Shown piece by piece: positions 28,314 through 42,600 of a stretch of 64,000 bases of DNA. The notes beneath the pieces are model-generated. The model searched no databases and was not told the DNA's origin. It saw nothing but the letters and a program-made list of their open reading frames with translations. Made by a program: the position numbers and the translations under genes. Source of the DNA: the human T2T-CHM13v2.0 reference genome, Homo sapiens. The stretch's first letter is position 1. Each line of letters starts with the position of its first letter. The stretch lies in assembly GCF_009914755.1 (NCBI RefSeq), contig NC_060939.1. One strand, given 5' to 3'.

Positions 28314-28396
28314 TGTGTGAGAGTGAAGCCTTTGGGCTTGGGGACCTGGAGGATAAATGCTTTGAGGATAAATGTGAGGTTCAAAAGTCCGGCACT

Positions 28397-28690
28397 GGCC
28401 AGGCACAATGGCTTATGCCTGTAATCCCAGCACTTTGGGAGGCCAAGGCATGATGATTGCTTGAAGCCAAGAGTTCAAGACCAGCCTGGGCAATGTAGCA
28501 AGACTCTATGTCTACAAAACATTTTCAAAATTAGCCAGGTGTGGTAACACGTCTGTAGTCCTATTTTTACTCAGGAGGCTGAGGTGGGAGGATCGCTTGA
28601 ACCCATGAGTTTGTGGCCACAGTGAGCCATGATCATACCACTGCACTACAGCCTGGGCAACAGTTGTTGTTTCAAAACAACAACAAAAAA
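28397..28690 (+). mobile_element. AluJ
   Basis: Dimer with J features; imperfect TSD aaaagtccggcact / aaaaggctggcact. Confidence 0.88.
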
Positions 28691-28759
28691 GGCTGGCACT
28701 GTGAATGTCAGGTGAATGTGAGTGGCACTCACAGCTGGCACGGGAATGTCACCACTCAC

Positions 28760-28877
28760 AGTGCATTCTATTGCTGGAGATGCAGAATTAGGCTCAACCC
28801 AGACCGATGGAATCACTCTACATTTTAACAAGATCCTTGGGTTATTTACATACACATTAAAGTTTTGGAGGCATTGA
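28760..28877. mobile_element. MER5-like hAT fragment
   Basis: cattttaacaagatcc...tacacattaaagtttt...gcattg motif. Confidence 0.55.
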
Positions 28878-29862
28878 TTTAAAATACATTAAAAATAGTA
28901 CAAAATTATTAAAGTAGGAAAAAAAGTGTATCTCTTGACTATCTAAAAGTATCTCAAATACCACAAACTAGTATGTGATTCACTCTCTCACCTACAGGAT
29001 GAAATCTCAAATCCTTAGCTTGGTGTTCAATTCATAGTCACATTTTCCCATAGCTATCTCCCACTTTGTCCTGTATTAATATCATTTTAGGTCAAACCAG
29101 CCTACTCCTTGTCCACTGATTATGCCACAGTATTCCCTCTTCTACACGTTACTGACACCATTCTCTGTACTTTTTAGGGCATCTTTCCATCTTTCTTCAG
29201 CATATTGCCGCCTTTCCCTTGCCCTGCACCACACTGGACTTTATTTTCATAATTATGTCCTGTATATTCTGCCTCCCAGTAACTAGACTTTGAGCTCCTT
29301 GAGGGCAAAGCCTGTCTCTGGAGTCCCAGTAATGAGCACAGTGTGTTGTTGCACAGGGCCCAGTGCAACAATGAGTAAATACTCATTGCCTGAGTCAGAG
29401 GAAGGAAAGGAAGGTAAGACGCAGTGATGCGCATCACCTCCCTAGGGAGCAGAGGCTGAGCTGCACCTTGGGACCAGCCACACAAGGCTAGTGTTCACTA
29501 GGGGTGGGGTGGTCTGTCCCCTCCTATGATTCTGCCTCCTAAACAGCAGCACCTGCCTGCCATAATACTGAAAATCATTAGGCTCAATCAGTCCTTGGGA
29601 GCAGAGTGTGTGTGTGTGTGCGTGCGCGCGCATGTGGTGTGTGTTAATGACCAGTTGGTTGTTTGAAATATCCTCCTCGGCAATTCTATTTTTGTTTACA
29701 TTTAAACAAACAAACAAAAAGCATGTCAGTGTCACACAGGTGTCAGTGTCTGACTTCACGTGTCAGCAACTGCAAGCTTTCCAAAGGGTCTCACTCGAGG
29801 GGTGGTGCTCAGGAAAGCCTGGTCACTATTATTTCAAGTCAGCAATGTGCCCCATCATTTCT

Positions 29863-30187
<325 letters not shown>

Positions 30188-30432
30188 GATGTGCACCATC
30201 ATTTCTATGGTTCATCGTGGCTGCGGAACAGTGCACTTAGCACCCACCTTGGTAAAGAACCTAGAAAATTACCTGAGAAAATTAAATAGTTCACACACAA
30301 TTGTTTCAGGCCTCAGGTCTCTGGCATTTTGTTTAAGGTGACCTCAGTTTTGGCAGCTGCGTTTATTAAATTCTATGTACCTGTCACTCCACCTTGTAAC
30401 TTTAAAGAATTACAAATGACAATGTTTTTAAG

Positions 30433-30576
30433 CATACAGAGCTAAGCTAGGAATGCTGAACACTGTGTCGAAGATCCGAGGGCAGGTGAAGACCACAGGA
30501 TACCCGCAGACGGAAGGCTTGCTGGGGGACTGTATGCTGAAATACGGGAAGGAGCTCGGGGAAGACTCCACCTTTG
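30433..30576 (+). CDS. SH3GL3: SH3GL3 exon 4 (144 nt): (A)[47 protein letters not shown](G)
   Basis: Boundaries gtttttaag|CATACA and ACCTTTG|gtgagt; phase 1/1; GYPQxE motif and the H1-insert region. Confidence 0.96.
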
Positions 30577-30810
30577 GTGAGTTATTCAGAGATCAGCTGG
30601 GGGAGCTCAGAACTCCTCCAGTATGGTTTTAGGTTATACACAAACCCTTCAGTCTAACAACCTTTGTTATTTTTCCATATTACCAAAGTAATACATGTTA
30701 ATTGCAGGAGGTTTAGAAAACATAGGTAAGTAAAATAAAGAAAAATGCTAACATCACCCATAATCCCATATCCACCGATAGGCCCAATTAAACTCTGTTG
30801 TGTATCTTTT

Positions 30811-31172
<362 letters not shown>

Positions 31173-34100
31173 TAGTACATATACTCTTTGGTAACACTGA
31201 CTATATAATGATCCATATCGTAAAATAATTAATCTTCCATGATATTGTTTTTAATGGCTACATAATATTCCATGTATCATAGTTTGTTCAGTCAATCCCA
31301 TTTACTAAATAAATGTTTCTTTATGTAAAAACATTTTACATAGCATTTACAATAACCATTTTCATAGGTAAATCTTTGGGGATATCCAAAATTATATTCT
31401 TTGACATAATTTAGATAACATGTCTAGTATAAAATTGCTGAGTCAAGAGTATGCTTATTTTTCAGGTTTTGAAAGCATATTCCCAACCTACCCTTCAGAA
31501 GGGTTACACTCATTTGACACTGTTGCCAGGAGTGAGTGAGGGTATATTTCTCTACATAGTTCCTAACCCTAGAGATTATCTTTTTAGTTTACTTTTAAAT
31601 AACTGATCATTTGATATGTAGTATACAAAAATGATATCTCATTGCTGTTTTAACTCCATCTTTTGGATCACGTGTGAGGTGGAATTTTTATTTGTGTTTG
31701 TCATTGTTTTTGTGAATTGTGTGTTTGTGTCCTTAGCCTGCTTTTGCATCAGGAGGTCCATTTTTTCCCCCCTGTCTCATGAGCTCTTTAAATGGTCAGG
31801 ATATTTGCTCATTGGCTGTCTTGTATGTTGATGAAGCTTTGTCCCAGGTAAGCATTTGCCTTCAGACCTTGTATATGAAGGTCATTTCAATGGAGAGAGA
31901 TTTTTATTTTTTATTTACTGAAGCTCTTTAGTCTTCCTATATGGTTTCTAGCTTTTTGGAATCATGTTTAGAAAATGTTTTTCATCCCACTCCCTGGCAA
32001 ATGATATAAACGTTTATTTATACTTGTTTTTGAATCCTGTATTTTCTTTTATTGCCTTTAAATTTCCAAGCTCCTGCATTTATTGGAGCTACAGTGCAAT
32101 AGGGTTCTAATTTTGTTTTCTAACAAATAAATAGCTTGTTTCAGTACTTTTGAAAAGTCCAACTTTCTCCTGATGATTTGAAATGATTCTTTTATTATAG
32201 GCTAAATTATTATACATTAAATTTGTTTATGGTCTTTCTCTTCCGTTTCTTGATCTGTATCCTGTTTTGATTCAGTGTCATATTGTTTTAAGTATTGAAG
32301 TTTTAAAACATACTTTAATATATTATTTACTAAAAATTTAGGTATTGTATTGCAAAAAGTTCACAGACACACTTACTGGTTTTATTTTTCCAGGTGAAAC
32401 TTAAGTCCCTTTTATTTAAAAAAGTCATTAAATTTTGATTGAGATTCATTTAAATTAATACATTAAATTGAGGATGAATTGGATTTAATATATTAAGTAT
32501 TCCCAAAGAATTTGGCATATTTGCTATTCATATAGTGGTAACAAGGCAGGAGATGGAAGAGATGGAAGTTGAGAAATCAAATATTTGGCCACAGTAATCA
32601 TTCTAGGAAATTGGAGGAAATATCTTTTGAAAAAAATGTTAAAACTCAAGCATTAAAACACGAATTAATTAGTGACAAAGGGTAATATTATCCCTCAGAG
32701 CAGTATAATGTGAATTTTATTTTATTCTAAGGGCCAATGGGGACAAGATGGCCTATTTCTTACTCTGAAGGCACATCAGTGAAGGGAGCAGGTGAAACTG
32801 CCAGGCAGGCCTTGAAATCCAAGGACACTCCTGCCGTGCATCTGGCCTTGGCGACAGCCAGACAATTTGGTAGCTTCCCAGGTGCTCGGCAACCGAAAAA
32901 AACTTGGGATGAGGAAGAGAGCTGATGTCAGCAGGGCATCAGGAACAGATGGATTTCTGCTCTTCCAAGGAAGAGGCTGTGCCGTTGGATGTTTTCTTTT
33001 GGGGGGCCACATACTGGGACCTCCTACAGTACAGAAACCTCAGTGGGTGGAGGCTGAGCCCCACACCCGTGGAATTCGACAGCGCCAGTCTCAGGCAAGG
33101 AGAGGGAATGTTGATTCCAGGGAGGTGGCGGCCCATGTTCAGAGCATCATCTTTGGAGTCTACAGTGTATTTGAAAATGTTTCTGTCAAGGCGAAATGAG
33201 CTGACATTGTGAGACACTGGCACTGGTGGCAGAGGGGCTGTGTAGGGGGTCAGGCAATACCATTTCTCACCATTTGGGCAGGAAAGAGTCCACAGGCTAG
33301 GAAGGGACATTTCGTCTTCATTTAGGAATTATTTAGACACACTTTGGAGAGTTGAGCTAAGGAAATGTAGCTTCCAAGGAGGAATGAAGCTACCACTGGG
33401 TCCGTATGGAGTCCTGGGAAGCCTTAGTTTAGAGTAACGGTTCCTACTTCTGTTTTGCAAGGTCCTCTTTAGTATCTTTCTGTTTTTTTTTTAAGGGAGG
33501 TGAGGCACATGTTGCCATCTCTATTTTACAGGTAATTAAGTTGTCCATGCCCTCACCTGGTGGGTGAAACAACTCAAAGGTCAGACTTAGGCTGGGCTTT
33601 ACGGTCTTCTTCAAGCCTAGAAATGGAGCAACCCAATCTCCATCTTTTTACAAGATCAATTTGGAAAAACCCAAATATAGGAAAAATAGTTCATTCTAGT
33701 GCAGCATTTCCCAGGGATGTTTTCTAGAGACCCTGCAACCCTCATTGTACAGAGAACTAGAGGGCACCTGGTTTGCAGTAATCTGGCAAATTACTGCCGA
33801 TTAACCGGACTGAGATAGCACACTGTAATCCAGGAAAAACTACCTGCCACTACCCGAGCCAGGAAGGCTGGCCTGGGCTCCAACGCACCAGCAGACCCCC
33901 ACCCCACCCTGCTGACAGGATGTCCCATGTGACACTGGCAGGCTTTCTTTGACATCAGAGAGGGCAGGGAGGCTTAGAACCTTCTAGAAGGATACGGGGA
34001 GTAGCCTTGAGAAGATCCCACGGCTAGAAGCTGAGATGTTTTGTTGGTTTATTTCTATTGTAATTTTTACTGGTTAACACTTAGCCCCATGAGTGAATCC

Positions 34101-34467
34101 TTTCATTGTTTACAAAGAGATTTTATTCTCAAGCTTCTAAGGAACCCTCCGTGCCAGTTTCCCAAATTACCAGTTTTTTAGAAAGGATCTTTATCCCCAT
34201 CTAGTGGTCCAAATGGTAAGTACTTCGGTCTGCTAGCCTCAGTTGTATTTTCTGTAGTGGTGAAAGTGCAGACCATAGAGAGGAAAATACAGAAAATAGG
34301 AAGCCTTGCTTTTTCTTTTTCATTCTGATCCAGGATTCAGAGGTCCCGGAGCAAGGACCTTGCTACACCATCATCCACACACTTTTGGTAAAGAATGAAA
34401 TAAATAGCACTGTTAACCTGGAGTAGTGTTCCCAAAGAACCTTTTGTATTTATGTTTTCTATTCAAG

Positions 34468-34601
34468 GCAATGCATTGATAGAAGTTGGTGAATCCATGA
34501 AGCTAATGGCTGAGGTGAAAGACTCTCTTGATATTAATGTAAAGCAAACTTTTATTGATCCACTTCAGTTACTACAAGATAAAGATTTAAAAGAGATCGG
34601 G
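34468..34601 (+). CDS. SH3GL3: SH3GL3 exon 5 (134 nt): (G)[44 protein letters not shown]
   Basis: Boundaries ttttctattcaag|GCAATG and ATCGGG|gtaagt; overlaps ORF 34452..34646. Confidence 0.97.
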
Positions 34602-35283
34602 GTAAGTCTTCCAGGGTATAAATATACCTGTTGCTACATAAGATGATGTTTATATTTAAAATCACTAGAACGTTTCAGCAGACTGAAAGCATCATCTTAT
34701 GATGCTTGTGGGTAGGGTAAAAATGACTCAGTTCTATTTTCCTGGGCTCACTGGGAAAGAGTGCCAGGATCCATTAGTCCTATCTGCCCTGGAGATGAAG
34801 CAGGATAATGGGAGGGAATGTAAGCCATGTTCTTTCAGCTGGAAATTCTGTATTTAGTTGAAGCCAGCTCTAAGCCAGGCTAAACAAAGTAATTACATAA
34901 CTTTATAGTGGATTTCTTATTATCAAAATCGTACCATAGTTGCATGTTTTGATGCGTTGCCCTGGTGGTCATTATTTTCCATTACTTCTCAAGAAGATCA
35001 ATACCTAGAAATTGAATTTTTCATTTGGAAAACTGTTAAAAATGGCGTGCATGGGAATTTTCAGGTACCTGGAGATAATTGCATGCCACTTGCATGGTGG
35101 CATTTTTGTAGATGTGCAAAAACAGCCCCAAGACTTCTACCCCACCAGTGACTTCCACTCTGGAGGTACAAGCACCGTCTTATGGATATGTACAGAAGAT
35201 GTTCCTCCAGGTGCCTTCAGCATGATCTCAGCTTGGAGGTCATTTGAGCCTTGGGCATATCCTGTTTTCCCTTCTTCAGACCT

Positions 35284-35464
35284 ATTGATTCTCAAAGTGT
35301 GGTCCCTGGACCAGCAACATCAGCATCACTTGTGAGAAATGCAAATTCTTGGGCCCCATCCCTTATCTCCTGAATCAGAAATCTTATGGGTGAAGCCCAG
35401 CAAGTCTGTGTTTTATAAAGTCCTCCAGGTGATTCTGATGCACGCTAATGTTCAGAAACCACTG
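35284..35464. mobile_element. MER5A hAT element
   Basis: ttctcaaagtgtggtccctggaccagcaacatcagcatcac...ccaggtgattctgatgcac...aaccactg. Confidence 0.85.
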
Positions 35465-35654
35465 TTCCAGCCCATCCTTTCCAGAACTCGAGGGGGAAGT
35501 GTGAACCCCCACTGGTCTAGCCTATGTGACAGAGATGAGGCTGGTGGGATGTGTGAGCTTGGGTGGCCTTCCCTGCTTGGACCGTGGGCCTTGAGGTGGC
35601 TCCATATTCCAGGGGCCAGAGAAGGAACTGATGGATGTCAGATTATTGGTTCTT

Positions 35655-36180
35655 CCTTTGTTCATTTATTTATTCATCCATCAACTGTGTATAGCCTGCT
35701 CTGCCCTGCTACAGTGGTGGTGGGCACTGGCCATATGTGGCTAAACAAGACCTGGTGCATGCCCTTGTGAAGCTCACAGGTGTAGGGTAGAGAGACAAGT
35801 AAACAGATACCATGCACTTTGACAGTTGTTGGAGAGATGAGCCCAGGGACATGAAGGAGAAGCACCTCTTTCAGCCTGGATGGGTCAGGGAAGGCTTCTC
35901 AGAGGAGGAGAAGCTGGCTAATGCAGACTGGGAGACTGGGGTGGGCAAAATATCCAGCACAAGCTGACCAGAGGGCCAGGGCTGTGAGAGCAGGCAGGCT
36001 CGGGGACCTCGGTTGTGTGATATGGCCAGGGGATAGGGTGTGTAGGGGTGGGGGTGCAATGAAGGGAGGAAAGGCTGAGAGTCACGGAAAGCCCTGGATG
36101 CCTGTCCAGGCAATGTATTTAGAATTTCTGCTGAAAGCAAAGGGTATGAGGGAGAATTCAGGAAGTTTGAGTGAGAAATG
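35655..36180 (-). mobile_element. L2 3' fragment
   Basis: ttcatttatttattcatcc end followed by gtcagggaaggcttctcagaggagg-type L2 motifs. Confidence 0.6.
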
Positions 36181-36950
36181 AAAGCATCCATTCAGGAGCT
36201 CCCTAAACATCCCATTCCCCACCTGCACACCCCTTGGCCCCGACACTCATACCATCCTCTTCTTCCATCTCAGGGGAAACATGTCCCTGTTGCTCTCAAG
36301 CCAGTCCTCCTCTGGGCCGCAGGGTCTGTCACCTCTCACCTCCTCAGGGCCGTTGTGACATCCATCGTCCTCTCTGGTGTATCTTCATTCTTTCCCTTTC
36401 TGTCTGTTGGCTTCTTCCTGTTAACATTTACACACAGCACAGCTGCCCTTGACCCCTGGTGTCACATCTCACTCCCTCCTGTCCATTCTCCAGCCCACAG
36501 CCAGGGCACCCTTTCTGAGCTGCAAACCTTCCTGGCTGCCCACTGACAGTGGGGTGAAGATACAGACCCTCAGCCCTTCACAGCCTGGCCCCTCCTTTCC
36601 TCTGTGGCCTTATTGCCACCCCTTCCCCACATGAACTCTGCCCAGCCTCACTGAATTATTTCCAGCTCCCTGGTGACGTTTTGCTTTGTGCTTTCTCGCT
36701 ATTTGCTGTCTTTGTCCTTTCACCCCTTCTCCTGGCTGTCACCTCACCCCTCAGCTCGGATGTGCTTTCCTTTGGGAAGCTGTTTGTTCTTTCGCTAGAC
36801 TTCGTGGGGTATCCCTTCTGTGCCTCTGTGTCATGAGCACTGTTGCTTACCTTTTGCTCATGTTGGGCAGTCCATTCCTCGGGGTGAGTGATCGTGGTTT
36901 GTTCCTTGTAGTCACAAGCCTCCCACGTGGTTTGTGCTCACACATTATTT

Positions 36951-37021
36951 TATTTTTTTAATTTTAATTTTTGTGGGTACGTAGTAGGTGTATATGTTGG
37001 TGGGGTACAGGAGATGTTTTT
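36951..37021 (-). mobile_element. Very short 5'-truncated L1MA 3' end
   Basis: tttaatttttgtgggtacgtagtaggtgtatatg...ggggtacaggagatg, flanked by acacattattt and acaaattattt. Confidence 0.7.
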
Positions 37022-38485
37022 ACAAATTATTTTTGAATGGTTGATTCTAGAGAAGTGACAGTCTGGGTTCTGGGGATGCCAAAACATCTCCCCCAAATGC
37101 ACAGTTGTAAAACCAAATGCCTCCTTTGCTGACATATAGCAAGTTTTATTTCTTCTTGTGCTGTCATCATGGAGGAAGGTCATATGAAAAGTCAGCATTG
37201 CTCCTCCACCTGGCCAACCACAGACACATATGTGGTCCTGAGTAGTAAGTGGGTGAAATGTGTAAAACACACTTATTCTGAAATGTTGCAGTTCTCTATG
37301 CAACAAAATAGTTTTCTAAATGCCATCTTGTTACTCAGCTGCTGTTTGATACAGAACTGTAAATCTAAACTTAAATTATGTGGATGATGGAAAGTTAAGA
37401 GTCCAAGGTTTAGGAAGCCTTTCATAGTCTCAGCTATGCTCTGTGTCGCTCAGAAATCAGGGGTCAGGGGCCTGTTCATTTGACATACGGCTGACTTTCA
37501 GGTGTTCATGTAGAGGTACAGAGGGATTAGGGACCAGCCCAAAGTCACAGAGCAAAGAGAGAGATGTTTCTGACTCTCTGGGTCTTGTGTGCTCTTTTCA
37601 CTGAGTCATGGAAGTTAGAAGCAGTGCTTCCTGCTAAAATGAATAGTGCGAGCTATCCCCATGCTTCAGTGGGATGATCAGTTTCTACATACACTTTCGA
37701 TGCCTGGTATCTGATTTCCGAGGATTATAGCCATAAACTCTCCAGGGACCCCTCCCTTGTCCTGTATAGCTATCCCACTCAGCACTGTTTCTGACACGGG
37801 GTCTCTCTGCTTGGACACAAACTGTGATGGGAAACCTACTGCTACGCAAGGCAGCCTGTTCCATGAGTGGACAGTTCTAACTGTTATATTTTGTTAAAGC
37901 GGTTATAATATTGTTTAGAAATTTTACTGTTTCAGAGGTTGTCTGTGAATCTCTCTCCTTTGCATTCATTAACAGCGTTTTACGCAACTTATTTCTTGAT
38001 TGTTTGGGAACTTTACGGAGATCCGTTAATATTCTAAGGGATTGTAGAAGTTTGTGATTTTATAGTCTACTACTTAGTCAGGAGTTGACAATAGTACCAA
38101 AAGAAATGTTCCTACTGTGTTTTGTTTGGTTAACCTGGTTAGAAATTATCTGGACATTAAGAAGGCTGAAGTGAGGGATCGTATAAAGAACGTTGGAAAA
38201 TAATATCTGAGCATGGCTACTGCATCATTACATTCCATAAAGACACTCATTCATTCTATCACCGATCTGTCCATTCATTCATTCATTCCACAAATATTCC
38301 TGGAGCACCTGAAGTGAGGGGAGCCTCCATCAGGTGCTGAGGTGCTCCCAACAGCAGTGTAAGGTGGGTTCCTGCCCTCTGGAATCTAGGCCGAGAAAAA
38401 GCAATGACCATTTTAATAGAAATAATTTTTTGTGCCAGGTTTTGAATGTAGCACCTCTCTGAGGGACTCCATTCTCTTTTTTTAG

Positions 38486-38644
38486 CATCACCTGAAAAAG
38501 CTGGAAGGCCGCCGCCTGGATTACGATTATAAAAAGAAACGAGTAGGTAAGATACCAGACGAAGAAGTCAGACAAGCGGTAGAAAAATTTGAAGAGTCAA
38601 AGGAGTTGGCTGAAAGAAGCATGTTTAACTTTTTAGAAAATGAT
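38486..38644 (+). CDS. SH3GL3: SH3GL3 exon 6 (159 nt): [53 protein letters not shown]
   Basis: Boundaries ctctttttttag|CATCAC and AATGAT|gtaagt; [14 protein letters not shown] motif; phase 0/0. Confidence 0.97.
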
Positions 38645-38734
38645 GTAAGTATTTAAACCAAATAGGAGATTTTAATGTAAATGAATGAAACATTGAATAT
38701 ATGACTATGATCGGCATGTTGAAAAACTCTAAAG

Positions 38735-39609
<875 letters not shown>

Positions 39610-42600
39610 TGACTCAATATCTTAAATCTTGAGGAGTCCTGTTTATCCCAGGATTGCTTCAGAGGTTGTCTCTGAAGATTGCTAAGTAGACTGGCTTTTG
39701 TATGTGAGGCCATAGGATTTATGGTTTCACAGGAGAATGAAAAGTCGAGGTCATGTAGTAATTTGCCATTTTGCTGAGACTGAAAAGTACTTGGCAAGGC
39801 AGATGGTTAAGGGAGAACAGCTCTCTTATCTGGGGGGCGGACAGCCGCTGTCATCCCCCAGCTCTCTGGTGCCTTTACCTGTCATAGCCCACATTGAGGA
39901 CACAAAAGCATGACCCAAATTTTTCAGCTGTTCCATAGTGGTGCTTGTGGGCTCGGGAATTGTGAAGGTCTCGGATCTTATCCCTCAGAAGTGCCAATCT
40001 TCTATTGTACTGTGGTTCCTGCCATTTGCTTTGATTTGATTTGTCCAAGTAAAGTCAAATGAAATGGAATTAAGGAGGACGGTGACTCCTGACCAGGCAA
40101 CACGCAGCTGGGGGTGGCCTCCCTGCTCGGCCTTGGGTTTAAGGGGCCATTGGCACTTTGACTGCCTGAGTGGAAGAGGTGTCAGCCACCTGCCTCCCTC
40201 CGGAGCCCCTGCCCTCAGCCTGGCTTCAGCGATGCCAGGAGCTGTCTCAGCCCCAGCATTAGTATGGGACCTAATTGTTAAGTTTTTAAACCTGTGGGAA
40301 CAAGTCAGGAGGTTTATTTATCCTCAAGACCATGTCGTCCTTATAACAGTTTATTTAAAGGTACACTGAGGTCTTACATCCTTTGAGTCAAGTCAAAATG
40401 CATTGAGCACCCTTTATTTACCATGGTGATGTATGGAGGAATTATGTCCAATACTAACAAGACATTCATCCTGGAGAATTTATTCTCCCAACTGGAAATG
40501 CCAATTTGAAATTTCCCATGCCCATTAAACCACTGAGGCCTGAAAAGTACACTCTACTGTGTTTCTTCTTTTAATTTTTTTTTTTTTTACATTTTTTTTG
40601 GGAAATAGGAGGAGGTGTGACAGTTTGGTATCTCTGTTTTTCTTTAAATGTATAAATTTCCTCTTGAAATTGTCCCCAAGCAACAGCGATTTTGTTTTGT
40701 TTCAGATTGCCGTATTGTTTTGAAGTCTTTAGAAAATGTATTTGAAGTGTGACATGTATCAGATACTCCTTGTTGGGCCATATGGAATGTTGCCCTGCTG
40801 GCTCCAGGCCCATTCATGGCTTAAACTCTGAGATTGTGTCTTGTGTGTCAGATGCGCCGTCTGACCCATTTGTTCCATTCACTGCCTTCATGCGGGAACC
40901 ACAATGATGGGTTTTTGCGAAGTGCTCCATGAGGGAAGCCTGTCTGAGCCACGCCGGCCTTAGCAGTTGACCCAAGAGACCTCAGTTTTCCCCCTCAGTA
41001 TCAGTCAAAAGTCAAAAAGGATCCCTTCATTATAAAAGCTCAATCATTTGTCCATGTTTTGACAGTAACACGTATTCTGCCTGTCACAAATGGGTTAAGT
41101 CCTCCCACCCTGCCCCAGCAGAAGTAAGAGCTGGTTCCTAGCCCAAGCTCCGCAGGGGCTCTGGTGCTGGCCTTGCTCCGGCCTGGTTGCAGTGTTTCCT
41201 CCAAGGCTTCCTGTGGGAAATTGACCTGCAGGTGAGTGGAGGTTTCCCCTGTTCAGCTCTGGGGAGTCAGGGCTGCTCCCTCAGCCTGGATCCTGGGGTC
41301 TTCACCTTCACAAGGAGGGGTTGTCTGGCTTCTACTTCTGCCATTGAGGTGGGAGGAGACCAACGTTATGAAACGGAGATGGGCCGCCCAGGCTGCCCGG
41401 GAACTAGGCTCTTCCCTCCTTCCTGCTTCCTGCTTCCTGCCATCTGTAGCTGCAATGGCTGCTAGGTGTGCTCTGGCTGCTGCTTCTTGCGGTAATGGTG
41501 GTGATCGTGATAATGATAAAGACAGTGGTGATAATGATGATGACAATGACAAGAGCTACCATTCACTGACACCCCATGATAAAGAGGCTAAGGGGGTGCT
41601 GTTGATGGTCCCTGTCATGGTGCATGTGCGTTTACCTTTTCTCCTACCCAGGTTTATAGCTGAGGAGACTCAGAGATGATTGTTTAGGCTTCAGAAGCCC
41701 ATCTTACTCTCTTCTTGGGGTCAACAGCAGTTAGATCAGAGGGAATCACCTGATCCTTTTCCATGTCAGTGTGTCTGTGCCATAGCCAGGTGGTCTGACC
41801 ATCCTCTCCTGTTGACCAGACAAGCTAGAGAAAAATCTCCTGCTGGTCACTCCTTGGACCTGACATGCCAATGCCGATACTGCCTGGTGCTTGGGGATAA
41901 ACAGAGAATGTGACTAGTTGGGAGAAAGACAAAATGCCAATACATGGTTGATGGGGCATACATTGAACCCTTGGCCCTGTGTTTGGCCCATCTCCAACAA
42001 CCAGGCCAGAGCTGGTGGCCTTGTAGCCCATGGGACTCTGGTTTCCTGCTCCCTGTGAGTCACAACCCGCACGTCCAACCTTGGTCACTCAACCTCTTGT
42101 TGCCATGTTGCTTCCTTTCCTGGTGGGGAAGTCCTGCATGAGGAGCTGTGCTTCGGGATGGCTGGGGAGGGCTGGATTTCCTGGCAGAAACTAAAGATGG
42201 CTGGGACCTGTTCTAATCGCCATGTCAAACACAGTGGGTCTTTGGGTGCTGCTGCCTGATGGATTGGACGGTGTTTCTACCTGATCTGGTACCTGCTGGA
42301 GACAAGGTGCACAAACTGTCAAATGAGTGGCTGCAAGGGAAGCCTGGTGGCAGGCAGCAGAGGCCCTGACACTTCCTCCAGACACAAGTGGGACATGCTT
42401 CTGTTACTGTGGTGGGAAGTTTGGGGATGTCAGTCACAGCCATTCACCCTTTGGGTTCTGACCAATGGAGGAAGTGACAAAAAAGCCGGATTGGAATCAA
42501 GGGACATCTCTTTAACTGATGAGAATGCTTGAAAATTGTAAAATACAGACCTCCTGGTCAACTGTGCTGAAGGACATGGCCTGGGCCTAAAGTCCTGTTG

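Noticed and set aside
41236-41679. 147-aa ORF with an Asp/Asn-rich stretch
   Set aside because: The composition comes from a degenerate (GAT/GAC/AAT)n low-complexity tract next to MIR-like sequence; no domain or splice support.
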